Shown in pieces: positions 25,582 through 39,213 of a stretch of 64,000 nt of DNA. Source of the stretch: Laetmonice hystrix (taxonomy: Eukaryota); assembly GCA_965235115.1 (NCBI GenBank), contig OZ249448.1, positions 23,436,001 to 23,500,000 of the forward strand, in the 5' to 3' direction. Position 1 is the first letter of the stretch. Every line of letters starts with the position of its first letter. The notes beneath the pieces were generated by a model. That model did not search any database, had not been told where the DNA came from, and worked only from the letters and a program-made list of their open reading frames with translations. A program made the position numbers and the translations under genes.

Positions 25582-28500
25582 CGCGAGCCGGTATTCACAG
25601 ACGGAAAATTCACGTTATCTCTGGCCCTAGAGCTTTTAATATTTACCCCTTCTCTCCAGTCCCAATATCTACCCCACCCCAACCGCGCCCCAGAAAGATT
25701 AATATAGACTTAACCCTGACTCTGACCGCAATGCCGACACTCCGATTTCGTTCTATTTTACATTTTTAGCCATCATGGTTTGCCATGTGTCCAAAATACA
25801 TCGCCATGTCATCTGAAATCTTGATGAGTATTTCGTAATTTCACTTTTTATCAAAGAGGCCTCAAGATAATACGTCTACATGAGAACATCTAAGGGAGGA
25901 GTTTGATAATCTTGGCGACGGATTCCTTTGATCTGTTGTTTATATCCCTATCTTCTACATGTTTGATGGATGGTATTCACACTACGACAGCAGTACCGCA
26001 ATGTGGTTTGTGTGTTCAGCAAGTCAACTGTGATGTGGAAATTAGAGTTGATGTACGGTATGTGCAGTGTATAACATTGGGAGCGGAGGAGTGAGTTTAA
26101 ACTGGCATGTGATCCTGTAAATGTCACTAGTGACGGGGGGGGGGGGGGGGGGCTTGTGATCGGAATGATTCGGCTGCTGCTCTAGGCAAGTCATTATTTT
26201 ACAGGAGAGGACACGGGTTTCCATTGGAGGCCCGTCGGCACAGCGTTACAATATTTGATGAGGACATCGGAGATGACGTTTGCGTATCTGATGCAGTTGA
26301 ATATCATTTGTCACTAGGGCTATAAGCTGGATTACCAGCACAGTACATCGATTTGGGATTGCATATACATTGCTTTCATTGATTTCAGTTCACAATATTA
26401 AATAGATCTTCTACAAAAATCTTACCCCTCTGAGTGTCAGTGTGTATAGCAGTGTTGGGTGTTCACACACCCCTACGTATAGACGGAAGGTATTAGATAT
26501 GCCTATTGATATAAATCTCTCAAGTAAAAACAAATCCTCTTATTGCAAGACTATTGCAGTTTCATTTCTGTAAGAATAACGTGTTTGTATCAGGAATTGT
26601 CAACAAGGGTAGCTGCCGTAGAGTTCATGGACAGCTCATATTACATCACAATATTTGAAGAATGGCGATAGACTGACTAGGTTAAACACCGTTATTTTGA
26701 AAAAAAGGCAATAATCAATGGAGATATTGACAAACACTTTTCTCGACTGGCGGTGACATGATGATTGTGTGCGTGTCTGTCGTCGTGTTCTCAACTGGCT
26801 GTTTCAGCAGATATTAGAAACAGTAATTTTCAGCAGGTTTTTTTAGCACATTCCCAAGAGGATTTCCAGAAAATATTGGCAAGAGTAATTTTGGGGTCAG
26901 GGTGGAGTGGCGGTTTGAGGTATGGTGAAAAATGTTTTGCTTATATTCATCACTGCCTTTATATCATTATGAGTTCTGATGTTTTGATGTTTTCGTCCCC
27001 TCCTCCCTCCTTCATTGAGTATTAAGTAATATTGAAGAGGTTCCTAGATCTTGACGTGTACTGGTATAGAATTCCAGAAGTTCAGTATGTATGGATTATA
27101 TTAATGGAGTGCACGGCTCATAGTACACATGAATACCCTTTGTTTCGTATTGCAGACTGACTTTTTTAGATACACAAATCGACATAATATGTATGAGAAA
27201 TTGGTTCCTGTTCCGTTGACATTAGTGGTACTACAGACAAAATACAGACCGTAGCTGGAATTGTGTTGCATAACCCCCATTTCGTTATACTCCTTGGAGC
27301 CGGGGAATTGATGAACGCTGCGCTCGGCGTTCGACTGCTGATGGCGTTCGTCGATGAGGGCATCTGGACGCAGCGTCCGTCAATGAGGGGTGCAGACTAA
27401 CGTTACACGTCAAGTTATTACGCTGGAAATTGGCGCAGGAAATTGTATCGATTGTGGAGCGGAGACAGCGCTGAGCCTTGTGATCGGATGGGGGAGGGAA
27501 GGTCATATTGGGATGTTCTTCGACCGGTATGGACGGAGGGAGGAGAGGTTATCTTACCAACCGCTTCAAGGCCGCAGCTCAAACAACGGTTTGGTCCGGT
27601 GGACGGCTCTATTAGTCTATATGTATTGAGGAATCGGTCACGGACCAGGATTTGGTGTCCAATAACCGGCAGGTTGTCACGAATGCGGCTATCTATACAC
27701 CAAATATGGGACATAAGTCGCCGTCCACTAAATTGGGGAGGGGCTGGCCTAGTGCCAAGCTTTAATATTGATTTTAACAACTTCCATCCTAAAAAGCACT
27801 CCTGTTATATGAAGATTTCATACACCACACATGGTCCCTGACATTGAGGACAGGGTTGAGAAGTTGACACGTTATATCAGCATGGATATGTGCCAGTACT
27901 ATGTCATGACCTTGAGGAGTGGTTAAATGACGCACAGAAATTGTCTGTAGTCAATGACCATTAAGTGGCCGATCTAATGAGGGCTGATTATATAATTCTG
28001 AGGGTCCATAGAGAGGGGTGGGTTGGATGCCAGGCTGTCTGGAATGTTTCCACAAATATGGATCAGATGGTTGCCATGGCAGCCGGAGGCCATTACCATT
28101 GGCAACAGGGCTGAGTCAGCCGGACGTCTGGCGATTATCTCATCATTATACTTGGTCACTTGTTGGACAGTTAACACGGTCATGTGGTTGCAGTTGGCTG
28201 GTCGGTCAACTCGGCCCCAAGGTCCCGTCTGCTATGGGAGCAGAGGAGATTAGGGTCGGGAGGCCAGGCTGTGAGGATTGCCAGAACCTAGTCTTGTAGC
28301 TCAGTGTAAATCATATCATGTGGTGATCTAACTTGAATCACTCTGACTGAAGACCTTCCTTACTCCCAGAAATGAAATACTATAGGCGTTAAGTTGAACC
28401 GGTGCATTTCGTTCAACTCGAACCCCCCCCCCCCCACACATTAAAAAAATGGAGCGAAGAAACGTTGGGGTAGCAGTCGACCAGGAGAGGGTGATGGTGG

Positions 28501-29728
28501 ACGGAGGGGACGTTCAGAAACCTAAGTTGGGACCTGAGTTCAGAGGTACGGCCTGGACACAGCGGATTGGGATAGGGTTGGGTTCTCGCTGCCGGGAACT
28601 ATAATGATATCCGTGAAGATTTCATGAGGCACCGACAGGGGGCGCTGTACCGACACCGCTGGTGGTACATGTTTTATTGATACGGCACGGGATCTGGAGT
28701 AATGTCCCATCGGCACCGGTTTCTGCCTCATCGGCCACCGTGGCCTTGGGTACGCCGGTAGGGATGTCTTCCTAGTTCGTGGACTAGGGGGCCCTCCCCA
28801 AGATGGGCGACAAGCAGAAAAAGAGGCAGAGATTATACCAGTGTTGTTTTCTGCCGTTTCAAATAGGCCGATTGCGGCATTGGGGAGACGAAGGATCCAA
28901 TAATGGTCACAGAGAGGGAGTTTCCAATGTGTACATTTGATTCAAGCCTGGCCCATTGCCCCTCAGGCCCCCTACCCTTGGGGTTGAAATGGCTACCCTG
29001 CCCCCTCCGACGCACCACTGGGACCCCCCCCCTCCCCCCCCCCCCAGCCCGACCACGTCCACAAATATTATGGGTCCACAAAAACCATTTTGGACGACAT
29101 TATAAAATGATGGGGCCATTCCTCCTCGGACATGGCGAGAATGTGTTGAACAGAGAATACTTGTGTGTGTGTTTATGAAATAATCCGAGGTATGACTGGC
29201 TTGACGTTGGTCGGTAGTAGAGAGGTCGTTGAATAGTGTCCAGACACAAACACAACACGATACAGACAGAAAGGTGGTGTGGGGAAGGCGTCGTGTTACG
29301 TGAACAAGTATGACGTGTCCCAGACATTGAAGGGGGCACTGTTAACAGCTAACAGTAGAGACGTACCGGTGAGCAGGCACCACTCCGAGTCTGTGTACGT
29401 GTGCTATGTCTGTACGATTGACCTACGTGTAACGACGGTAGATTATGGGCTGGGGGTGGGGTGGGTGGGAGGCGGCAGCGGTTGGCGATCTTCATGATAA
29501 AAACGACTCCCTTCATTTGTGTCTGTCCGGTGATTTCAATATCAGTTGCTATCTTTGGTTTGAAAGCTATAAGACCAATGACAAAAATAACCTTGACTAG
29601 TTTTATGGTGTAGGAGTGTTCAATAAAATCTATCCTCCAGTTTACTTAACAAGTCAGTCCTTCACTTCGACACTCCCACATACCACCTTCTGTCATTACA
29701 ATTCAAGTATATATTCATTTCATCACAG

Positions 29729-29758
29729 TAATCCTGTGATGGAAATTGCAGTCTCAGG
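29729..29758 (+). CDS. Candidate 30-nt symmetric phase-2 microexon of TMEM132 (S-NPVMEIAVS-G)
   Basis: Seen: acceptor atatattcatttcatcacag|T, donor TCAGG|gtaaga, length 30 nt, no stop in the frame inherited from exon 15023-15172. No homology support. Confidence 0.35.
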
Positions 29759-31547
29759 GTAAGAAATGCACATGCAGCAGACCATTACATATTCAGTTCT
29801 GGGTTGCCCAATTTCCTTCAAGGCTCTGGTAAGTGAATTAAAGGAAGCATTGGGTGTTGTCTTGTCTGAGTCATCCAATCTCCGTGCCTAGTGGGTTAGG
29901 ACAAGCAACAATTAGTCGGCCTGGCCTTGGAACCGGGTTATTCACTCAGTACACCCATGGCGGGTAGAGACACAAATGTGATCCACTGGGTGCCATTGGT
30001 GTTTGGAGGGATTTAAACAAGCCTTGCGTCGTTTCATGGATAACGAAAACTGTATTCTAGAAGTTATAGTAAAGGATCCCTAGTAAACGTCGGGCGTTGT
30101 CATGATAGAGTAACATTTGAAAATGTTGTGATTATTTTGTGAAGTGACCAGACACATGGAATCCCATTGTACTTTTGAAGGAACATTCGTTGGCATAAAT
30201 CAGGAGAGCGGAGGAGTATTGGCATGGCCTGGGTCATGCAACAGAGTCAGTAATGAAATAAAAGTTGAGCCTTTCAAATCCTGTGGCAGGTTTAAGTGAT
30301 TGTGGCAGGGTTAGAAAGGTGAGAGTGGTTCATTATAATAGAGTTACCGTAACCCACACCTAGGTGGCGCTAGTGTGGGGTGGACTGCGGAGAGTGTCTG
30401 TACAGTGTATCTGGACGAGCTGTGCGTGAGGTGTTCTACTCTCCCTCCTCGCCCTCACTGCCCTCCCCCCTCACCTCTCTCCCCCTCCTCTCCCCTCCCC
30501 CCTCCTCCCCTCTCTCCCCCTCCTCCCCTCCACAGCACATAGAGGTTGTGGTCAATAGACAACACCCCCTAGCGGTCAGGGTAGTCAACACTATGCAAAG
30601 ATTAAACATGAAACCTGACAAACATATGAATGAGAGAGAAAAAAAGGAATAGTTGCCTGTAATCTTGTAAGACCCTGTGACAGAAGTCCTTTGGGATGAG
30701 TCAGCTAAACTGTGGTCTTTCAACATCTTGGTTTAATCAAAGAGACTAGACGATCTCCTTGCCTTGGTTTAATCTGGCCTAGAAGCGTCAGCAATGACCA
30801 CTTCGTGTAAACATGCTTCAATTTGGACGGAATTGAAACTGGCAGCATTGTGTTCGTTTGAGCTTTGAGCATTACTTAAGACTAAATAACCACAGAAGGA
30901 TGAAGGCCATCCTTTTACTTCCATTCCCTCAAGGATATATCTTTAATTAGTGACCTGGGCTCTAGATTAGCTTTGGTTCCCTGATAAAGGAGACCCGTAA
31001 GTGGCGCTGGGAGTTTGATCCAGGCTTTAGGAAGATTACTGACGATTATTGCGAGAAACTTTTATCGTGTATTAACCAGGAAATTGCTCGGGTCTGTTAT
31101 CGGATTGAAATGTCTATAGATTTAATCGGGTGAGAGAGATCGCGCTCAGATCCACCAAGTTCTGTCCTAGTTCTACCCTTGGAACCAACCAGACGACCAA
31201 CAACAAACATAATGCTGCCTGTCAGTGCGTGCCCAGCTGCCATGTCCGTACAGTCCAACTTGGCCCTGGACCTTGGGCCGGATGCGGCGGTGAGAGTGAG
31301 AATATAACTTCGAAAATTTTTAAACTTGTTCAGTCATGGGACCTATTGCCCTCCGCGTCCCGGAGGGGGCGAATATTCTAGCAGACAGTTGGAAAGAAAC
31401 CCGTCACAGGGGGCAACCCCCTTCTCTTTTCAACCAGCATGTCGGTGTAGGCGGCAGAAAGGAAGAAATTTTCAAAATAATTCTAAATATTTATCTTAAA
31501 ATAATCCCCTGCGTTATGAAGGGCAGGGCCATTGAGAGTGAGGTATA

Positions 31548-32258
31548 TCCCCCGTGGTAACTTCAAACCCACGAAATTTTGTCGGAAGTAAAGATCCATA
31601 GCCCTGACCTTATCCCTAACTCCTAACCTCGGTCCCTACACCTCCCACAGACATAATACCCCTATCCCTGTCTCTGACCTTAACCCTAACCCCTAACCTC
31701 GGTCCCCACACCTCCCACAGACATAATACCCCTATCCCTGTCTCTGACCTTAACCCTAACTCCTAACCTCGGTCCCTACACCTCCCACAGACATAATACC
31801 CCTATCCCTGACCTTATCCCTAACTCCTAACCTCGGTCCCTACACCTCCCACAGACATAATACCCCTATCCCTGTCTCTGACCTTAACCCTAACTCCTAA
31901 CCTCGGTCCCTACACCTCCCACAGACATAATACCCCTATCCCTGACCTTATCCCTAACTCCTAACCTCGGTCCCTACACCTCCCACAGACATAATACCCC
32001 TATCCCTGACCTTATCCCTAACTCCTAACCTCGGTCCCTACACCTCCCACAGACATAATACCCCTATCCCTGACCTTATCCCTAACTCCTAACCTCGGTC
32101 CCTACACCTCCCACAGACATAATACCCCTATCCCTGACCTTATCCCTAACTCCTAACCTCGGTCCCTACACCTCCCACAGACATAATACCCCTATCCCTA
32201 TCCCTGACCTTAACCATACCCCAACATTTTGTCTGGGACTGGAAGTTACCATGGGGGA
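31548..32258. mobile_element. MITE-like non-autonomous element with imperfect TIRs enclosing the 64/70-bp array
   Basis: Seen: left end tcccccgtggtaacttc and right end gaagttaccatggggga are reverse complements with one mismatch, and weaker complementarity extends about 40 bp. No ORF. No clean target-site duplication identified. Confidence 0.7.
31602..32214. repeat. Tandem array, 64/70-bp unit with telomere-like CCCTAA subrepeats, about 9 copies, inside a MITE-like element
   Basis: Seen: cctatccctg(tctctg)accttatccctaactcctaacctcggtccctacacctcccacagacataatacc repeated. Confidence 0.96.
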
Positions 32259-35200
32259 ATAACCTGAGAGGGAGCCTGAGTGTTATGTAGAATAATTATG
32301 ATCGGCTTATAACCCCCTTGCCAATTACCGGTTTGTGTAATTAATGAAGCGGACTGATCAGCGTGGTGATTTAACGACCGCTTCACCCACAACCAGTGCT
32401 GTCTACATGCGCCCGGTTGTGACGTGAATATGGAGGCGGAACGCTAATGAAGCGTGTCTAATTAAGACAATGAGTGTGATTAGAAACGTGTGTGAGCTGA
32501 GGTGTAAATGAGTTTGAAGCGGAAGGCTTTCAGACAAGAATCCTGTATGTCTTTACACTGCACAGAAAAACATAGCTTGGAGCTGCATGTTTTATATCAG
32601 CAGTCGCCACGTTTTATGTGGTGGTGGTTTCTGACTTTCTAGTACGGCACACTTTTAGGACCATTGAGTAAATAAAGTGTAGCCATTAAATAATTATTTG
32701 GGGAAACACTTGAAAGCATCAGTGTCTTGTATAAAATTGGAAGAGTCGTTTACAAGTCCTTTATGGGACTTTTCGTCCTCTGCACGGACATAAAGCTGGT
32801 TTTTTTAGTTTTCTTTAGATGGAGTGATAAGTCTAGCTGATGGACTGTAGACGTGTGTTGGGACACGAGGAAACATGTTGTTTGAATTACTAGTAACATG
32901 TGACGTCTGGACTTGATCACAGAGATATTTCTCACTGCCAATGTCGACTTCCCACCACACAGAAAGATGTACTGCAGACTATGCAGAGAAAAAAATAGAA
33001 ATCGTGTGGAATTCAAAGTACACTGGCAGCCATAATGAAGGGTGGAGGATTGTTGTGATTGTATGAAGGTTACCTGTTGTAATGTCTTGAAGTAAATGTT
33101 ATGTGTGCTGGGGTGGGGTGAGGGGCTGGTATTCTATGCGGCAGGGACATCTTGCCGAAGGTCAGAGAGATGTCCTTGATGTGCCAATGACCTCTTGGTA
33201 GGTTAGGGAGACTACATCTTATTGTCTTCTTGACTATGTCGCGAACTCAAGCAGCCTCCTCAGCTAGGACAATGAGAACTGTGGGCAACCATTGTAAGAG
33301 TTAGGCTTAGAGTCGGGGATAGGAATAATAAAAAATGTTTAATTCTTACACCCAGCATGTTTTACCGTGGGCACCTACACACGGAACCAACCATGATCTC
33401 ATGGCCCTGTTATAGAGTTACAGACCAAGTCCAATTCACAGGATATGACAATGTTGTATGTCGGTTTCCACACTTCCACACTCTCCAGAGGAGTCTCGCA
33501 AAAACAAACAAAAAACACACACAAAACTGGTCTTAAAGGTCCGGTTAATACACAGCGTTACTCGCAACATGAGGAGCGGATTTTTGTGATGTGGGTTTTG
33601 TGATTGATACCAGTTAGCACAGGGTCACCATTGATTGTGTTAGGTGAAGTGTTCACAGAGCGTTAACCCAGTTGGGGGTTCATTCAGTCCACACAACCAA
33701 TATATTGCCCTGCGCCTCAAACCATCCCGACGCCCCTTTTCCCTTTCCACCCTCCTGGCCGGAGTGAATGTGTTCGTGTGGAAAGAAAAACTGCTTTCTG
33801 TGTGTCAGTGACGGGAGGGGCCCAGCCGTGAATCGAGTCATGAATTAAAACCAGCTTTGGGGTCGTCATCGTCAGGAGGGACTTTACTAAATATGTAGAA
33901 ATCGCCATTTGAGAGTCGGACGTGTACCAATATTTAAGGTCGATTAAAAGTCTTATCGGGGTTTCATTTATTACTTTAATTATACAGAAATCTGGAAGTT
34001 TAAGTTGATGTATCCAGTGCATATCACGGCTCCGTAAGTTAAGTGGCAAATTAAGTCACAGGACCAGTATACTGTTAGTAAGTTAAGTCACCGGATGATC
34101 GATGGGTTTAAATGATGCTGATGTCACTTTCAATGTAACCTTTCCTTTCGCCTAATTTCGAGCTGCTATCTCTAGCGGAATTTGATGGTTGGGGTTAGCC
34201 ATACCATACAAGGTCAGAGAGGAGGGCAGGTACGGCTGACACCCAGACATCTGTTTTGGAAATTTACTTTCCTAGCCTGCCCCCTCATTTGTTTGAGGAC
34301 CGATATGTCAGCCAATATGTGCTGGTTTTGATTAGCCTTACATTATGAAAAAAAGGACAAAAATTCATCAGGTGGAAAACCCCTGTAAAAACATCCTCAG
34401 TAGTGACTGTATTTCAGTGTTTATAGCTTACCCCAGATTGGGGTGACTGGTAGGGGCGATAAAAGGGAGGTATGGGGCATGGAACTCGTGGGGATCCTGG
34501 CGTATTTATTGATACCATGACCAGCATCTATCAGGGGAGACTTGAGCGAGGATTGCATTTCCTCGAGAAACATGACAGGTATGAGAATACACGGAGAATG
34601 TAGATAACACAAGTAAAATACCCAGTGGATTTATCATTCTCCAAGTCTACTCCCCATGTAGATAGAGGAGGCATTCAAACCCATCAGTCTCACAGGGTGG
34701 GTTCGTGTTATGAATGAGAATATCTCCTCAAGGGTTCCTCAGCCACCTTTGTACCCTCATGTGGAGACCGGAGGTCGTGAGGAGCTTTAGGAGTTTCGTG
34801 ATTGATCAGAACTGTGTCAGAACTTAGCAAAGGGTGCGTGCAAAGGTTTCTCATTGCGTAAACAAATGGAGGAAGTATTTATCGATGAATCTTGAGACTA
34901 TACGCTTTCTTGACGTCTAGTGTCCACTTGCCCTTAGACGAAATCTAGCATCGGAAACAAGATAAACACTTGGACACTTACACTTGGCCTTATGACAGTT
35001 GGCGGGCCCACCTGGTACAATTTTACATAAACGGAGCTTAGGATGAGAAATTAGAAATGTTAGAAATGATAATTTCAGATTCTTCCTACAAAAGATTCAG
35101 GAAAGATGAAAGTGTGAAAGTACGAAAGGACGCTTATATGCATCCCTATGATGACGGGATGGCAATGCATGTGGCTCCACCTGGGGTCATTAATGGGAGT

Positions 35201-35888
35201 CTCCGTGGGAGTATTCTGAAAAATATCACATCCAATGTAGCTGCCATGGAGACGACGTTAAGCAGTAAGTGAAACGCGTCTCGTCTTGACCTCAGATGTA
35301 GAGATACAATTATCCAGAGACGAGTTCTCAGTGAAGTAAGTGGGTTAAAGATGAAAGGCCGGTTAGGATCGACGGTTGGGGATCCGTGGTGGTGGTAGGG
35401 GTGAGCTGGAGGAGGTAGAGTACGCCCCAGCGTTCTGCTGCCTGTTGATACACTCCTCACAGCGCCACCCCGCGTCTGTGACGTAAATCAACGTCCTGGG
35501 ACAGGCCCGCAGCGACGGCTACAAACGGCTGCGATTGATCCTCCGTACCGCGCGCATACTGAGGACTGTAAATTGAATTCCGGGGCTTTGACCTGTGTGA
35601 TGTATTGCCGGGAATACATAGGCGGTGGTTGGGGCAGGTAAACCCAGTGAATACGATGTCGGCACATCACACGGCAAACTACCACTTGTACCTGGTCGTA
35701 AAGTCTGGGTGGTGAAATAAGACACCAGTTAAGGATCGGCTAGGAGGGAGACTTCGGGGGTTATAAATCGGCCAGAGAAAGGGACACTGACACTGTATTT
35801 GTTAGCGAGGTGTTCAAGTGGAACAGTCAGAGCCGTGCTCTCGTCTGGTCCAAGTATACACGTACCTCACAACAGCTAGCCACGTCTG

Positions 35889-36142
35889 CAGGACCCTCAG
35901 CATATCTGGTCTCAGTACACAGGACCCTCAGCATATCTGGTCTCAGTACACAGGACCCTCAGCATATCTGGTCTCAGTACACAGGACCCTCAGCATATCT
36001 GGTCTCAGTACACAGGACCCACACCATCTCTGGGCCCAGTACACAGGACCCACACCATCTCTGGTCCCAGTACACAGGACCCACACCATCTCTGGTCCCA
36101 GTACACAGGACCCTCAGCATATCTGGTCCCAGTACACAGGAC
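35889..36142. repeat. Minisatellite, 31-bp unit, about 8 copies in two subtypes
   Basis: Seen: caggaccctcagcatatctggtctcagtaca, and the variant caggacccacaccatctctggtcccagtaca in a central block. Confidence 0.95.
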
Positions 36143-37549
36143 TTTATCACGTCTGCTTCCAGTTAACACCACACCAGACCCTCACCATAAAAAAGACTTG
36201 GGGGGGGGGGGGTCCGGAGGGGGGTTAGGGATGCGAACCACCTGCCCAGACATGTCACATGTTGGCATGGCAACAGCCACAGGTGCAGCATATTTTGTAC
36301 CGGATGATACACATTCAGGAGATTGGTGTTATCAGACTTGATCGGATTTTATTGCTGGCGTTCCTTGAGTAGGAGACAGCTTTATGACGTCCGTGGTCAG
36401 GGTATAATTGGTACATGGGCCTTCAACTGATCGGGGAATGGACAGGGAGCTGACGGGAGTCCGCTAGGAATGTGGGAAGGTGATAGACTGAGGCCACTGA
36501 GGGTCAACCGCCGGGGTCATTCTACCGACCTTTCTATGGATACCCGTGTACTTTTACTCCACTCTTTCAGAGTGTATTTAATTTTTTCCAATGAGATGAA
36601 GAAACAAACTGGTGTTTGCGGGACACCTCACACTCAGCCCCCCTCCCAACCAACAAAATTTTCTACGCGCCTGTACATTCAAAGGTAGATCGTGAGGTGT
36701 CAATAGGGGGCCAGAGGGATTGATCAACAGGTATGATGCCTCCACACTTAAGGCTTGCCTCCACCCCCACCCCACCCCACCCCCTGGGAGAGGGGGATGG
36801 GGGGGGGGGGGGTTGTGTCAAACCGCCCCCCGACATGTTGATATTCCGACATGTTGATCAAAGCGTGTAATGCGGTGGTGCAGGTTATGTGTTTCTAACG
36901 ACATCAAACTGACAGAAATGGAGCCGTCGATCTCCAGTGCAGGATGGGTTCGTTATCTGACGTGAACGCACCCCGGAAAGTTGTACATAATTACTTGTAT
37001 GTGGAGGAGCAATACTGTATAATCTGTTTACACCGGAAGGATGACTGCTGGGGATGGACGTGTATTCTATCCCAGATAATCATCTGGCAGGGGATAAGGC
37101 AAGAGAAATCTCACACGAAAACAAAGAGCTGATTGGCAATAATCTATTGAGACTCGATGTTTGCCAGATGGCTTCCGAGGATCAGTCTGGAGGGTTCCTG
37201 GTCGTTAGGTCTCCATGGTAACGTGTACACCAAATATCTGGTCCCTATCTCAAACTGACGTCATGGAGACGCTGTCAATCTTCACGCAGAGGTTAGCTCC
37301 ACGCTTCCGTATGACCGTATCCCTTACACGGAGTGTGTCAGCGTTACCACAGTCATGAAAAGGTCATGGAAAGATTTGAGTTTCCAGATCTGTATGTGTC
37401 TGTATCTGCTTACTTTTATTCAAAATTGTTCAGGAAATTTGCGAGTTTTGGTCTGGAAAATTCGCGGAAAATCATGAAATTTCAATATCGCCAACCTGTA
37501 GGAATTCGGGTGTGTAATCTATGCAGTGATTTCACTCAACCGCTGCTGA

Positions 37550-37684
37550 TTCACGGAATTCTGTATTTACAGTAATCAGTCCGCCTAATCATTCCCTAAA
37601 CCTGTAGCGCCTGGGTTCACGGAATACTGTATTACAGTAATCAGTCCGCCTAATTATTCCCTAAACCTGTAGCGCCTGGGTTCC
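37550..37684. repeat. Tandem duplication of about 66 bp
   Basis: Seen: ttcacggaat(t/a)ctgtatt(t)acagtaatcagtccgcctaat(c/t)attccctaaacctgtagcgcctggg at 37550 and 37616. Confidence 0.9.
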
Positions 37685-37954
37685 GTTACCGCTGTGTTTC
37701 ATTGAGGGTTTCGAGATGATCAAAGGACTGTACGTAATTACTTCCCTGAAAGGTAGGCCTACTGGTCAAGGCTGAGAACGGCTTGACCTTGATAGTGACC
37801 TCTTCCTGGACCGTCCAGTTGAAAAGGCCACTTATGAAGAATGGCCCATCGTGATTGGATCATGTGTTAGTGATGGTGCTGTCCCAATCTGGTACAATTA
37901 GGTCACATTGTATCTCAGCCTGGCGTCCCTTGACCTGGGCACGCGCCCCTGGTG

Positions 37955-37968
37955 CCGCTAGAGGGCGC
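37955..37968 (+). promoter_or_regulatory. CTCF-like motif CCGCTAGAGGGCGC
   Basis: Seen: fits the CTCF core, and a weaker inverted copy (gcgcccctggtgcc) abuts it at 37943-37956. Confidence 0.35.
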
Positions 37969-38430
37969 TGTAATCGAGACCATTAACCGTGAATGGGACT
38001 CTGTGACGTACAAGACGATGGACGCGTTCAGGGCTGAAGGATATAACGGCTATTGATTGGAGCAGCTGATGATTGCGATGTGGAGGTCGTTACTTTAGGA
38101 TTAGAACTATTCAAACCAGCGGTACAACCTGAAAGTATACCCAGAAAGTCTCATTCCCCGAGTGACCATGTGTACTAATACCGTTACCATGTCTCCTAAC
38201 TGTTGACAATTCCGTTCAGTTCAGTCACGTGTGGCGGTTTCTGATTCCCAGCCAGTTGAAGTTTTAGGCTGTTTGTCGTCTCTAATGATGCAGCCATGAT
38301 ATTGTCGAAAGGTTGTTTGGGTGCTAGGTTTTATTTTCCAGATTGGAGTGATTTGTGATATTTAGTCATTAGAGAATGTGAATTGAAACAATAGGAATTT
38401 GCAAAGTGGTAGAAATTAGAGTTATTGCAG

Positions 38431-38620
38431 TATTATGTCTTGAAGTGCTTCAGGCATGCAGAAAACATGGGTAATGTTGAGATTTCTCAACCTGATCCTG
38501 GCTGCGCATGCGCGTTTCTCATGGATACCGTAAACACATACTGTGTTGGACGACGGAAAATGAGATATTATGTCTTGAAGTGCTTCAGGCATGCAGAAAA
38601 CATGGTTAATGTTGAGATAT
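38431..38620. repeat. Direct repeat of about 53 bp, copies 135 bp apart
   Basis: Seen: tattatgtcttgaagtgcttcaggcatgcagaaaacatgg(g/t)taatgttgagat at 38431 and 38566. Confidence 0.9.
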
Positions 38621-39149
38621 GCGTGTGACACAAGCAAGGTGTGACACCTACACCGGTAGACCTAGCTTTTCTTACCAACTACTACAAATCGAGATTTCTA
38701 ACTTTTACTGACAGACGCAGATCTAAAGCTTTAAAAAAGGTACACACTAAGAATCAGCGTCTGTCAGTTGTCTCAGAAGGACACAAAAGATCTGACGTTT
38801 TTCGAAGATATCATTAACGTTACTGTATATATGTACAGTGACGTATTGTTTAAAAAAAAGGACATATAATATTGACAGCTCCCCCTGCTTGTCTGCCCGA
38901 CCACTGCTCGCCGCCTTTGTTCGAGTCTCCGCCTCTTTTTGCTGTATCAGTGGCAGACGGACAGTGACTTGTCATAATAAAGCAGACACTTTAATGGGAT
39001 TTGAACAGTAGCTCTGTCAGTTTTTTGCTTTTTCTGCTACATTGGAAGAATAGATCGGGATAGTAATTACTCGGACTTTGATATTATCTCACGTCAGTTG
39101 CTATTCTCATGTATGATCAGTAAACTATGTAGGGCCGTACCGCAAGTAG

Positions 39150-39213
39150 AAAACAAGCAAGCAAACAAACAAACAAACAAACAAATACAAAACAAACAAA
39201 CAAACAAACAAAA
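39150..39213. repeat. (AAAC)n microsatellite, imperfect
   Basis: Seen directly. Confidence 0.95.

Noticed and set aside
29797-29828. 32-nt segment ending at a perfect CTG|GTAAGT donor
   Set aside because: Not a multiple of 3 and only 38 nt from the 29759 donor. Extending the 29729 exon to this donor introduces a TAA. It could be a cryptic site, but no coding support.
33980-34050. Minus-strand LRSRDMHWIHQLK, reminiscent of a Penelope GIY-YIG C-terminus
   Set aside because: Only a few residues match, and the expected upstream motifs and downstream GLN motif are missing.
35079-35264. 186-nt AG/GT-bounded open segment (DSSYKRFRK...METTLS)
   Set aside because: It is phase 1-1, whereas the host intron is phase 2, and it hits a stop in the inherited frame. 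The polypyrimidine tract is weak and I see no TMEM132 resemblance.
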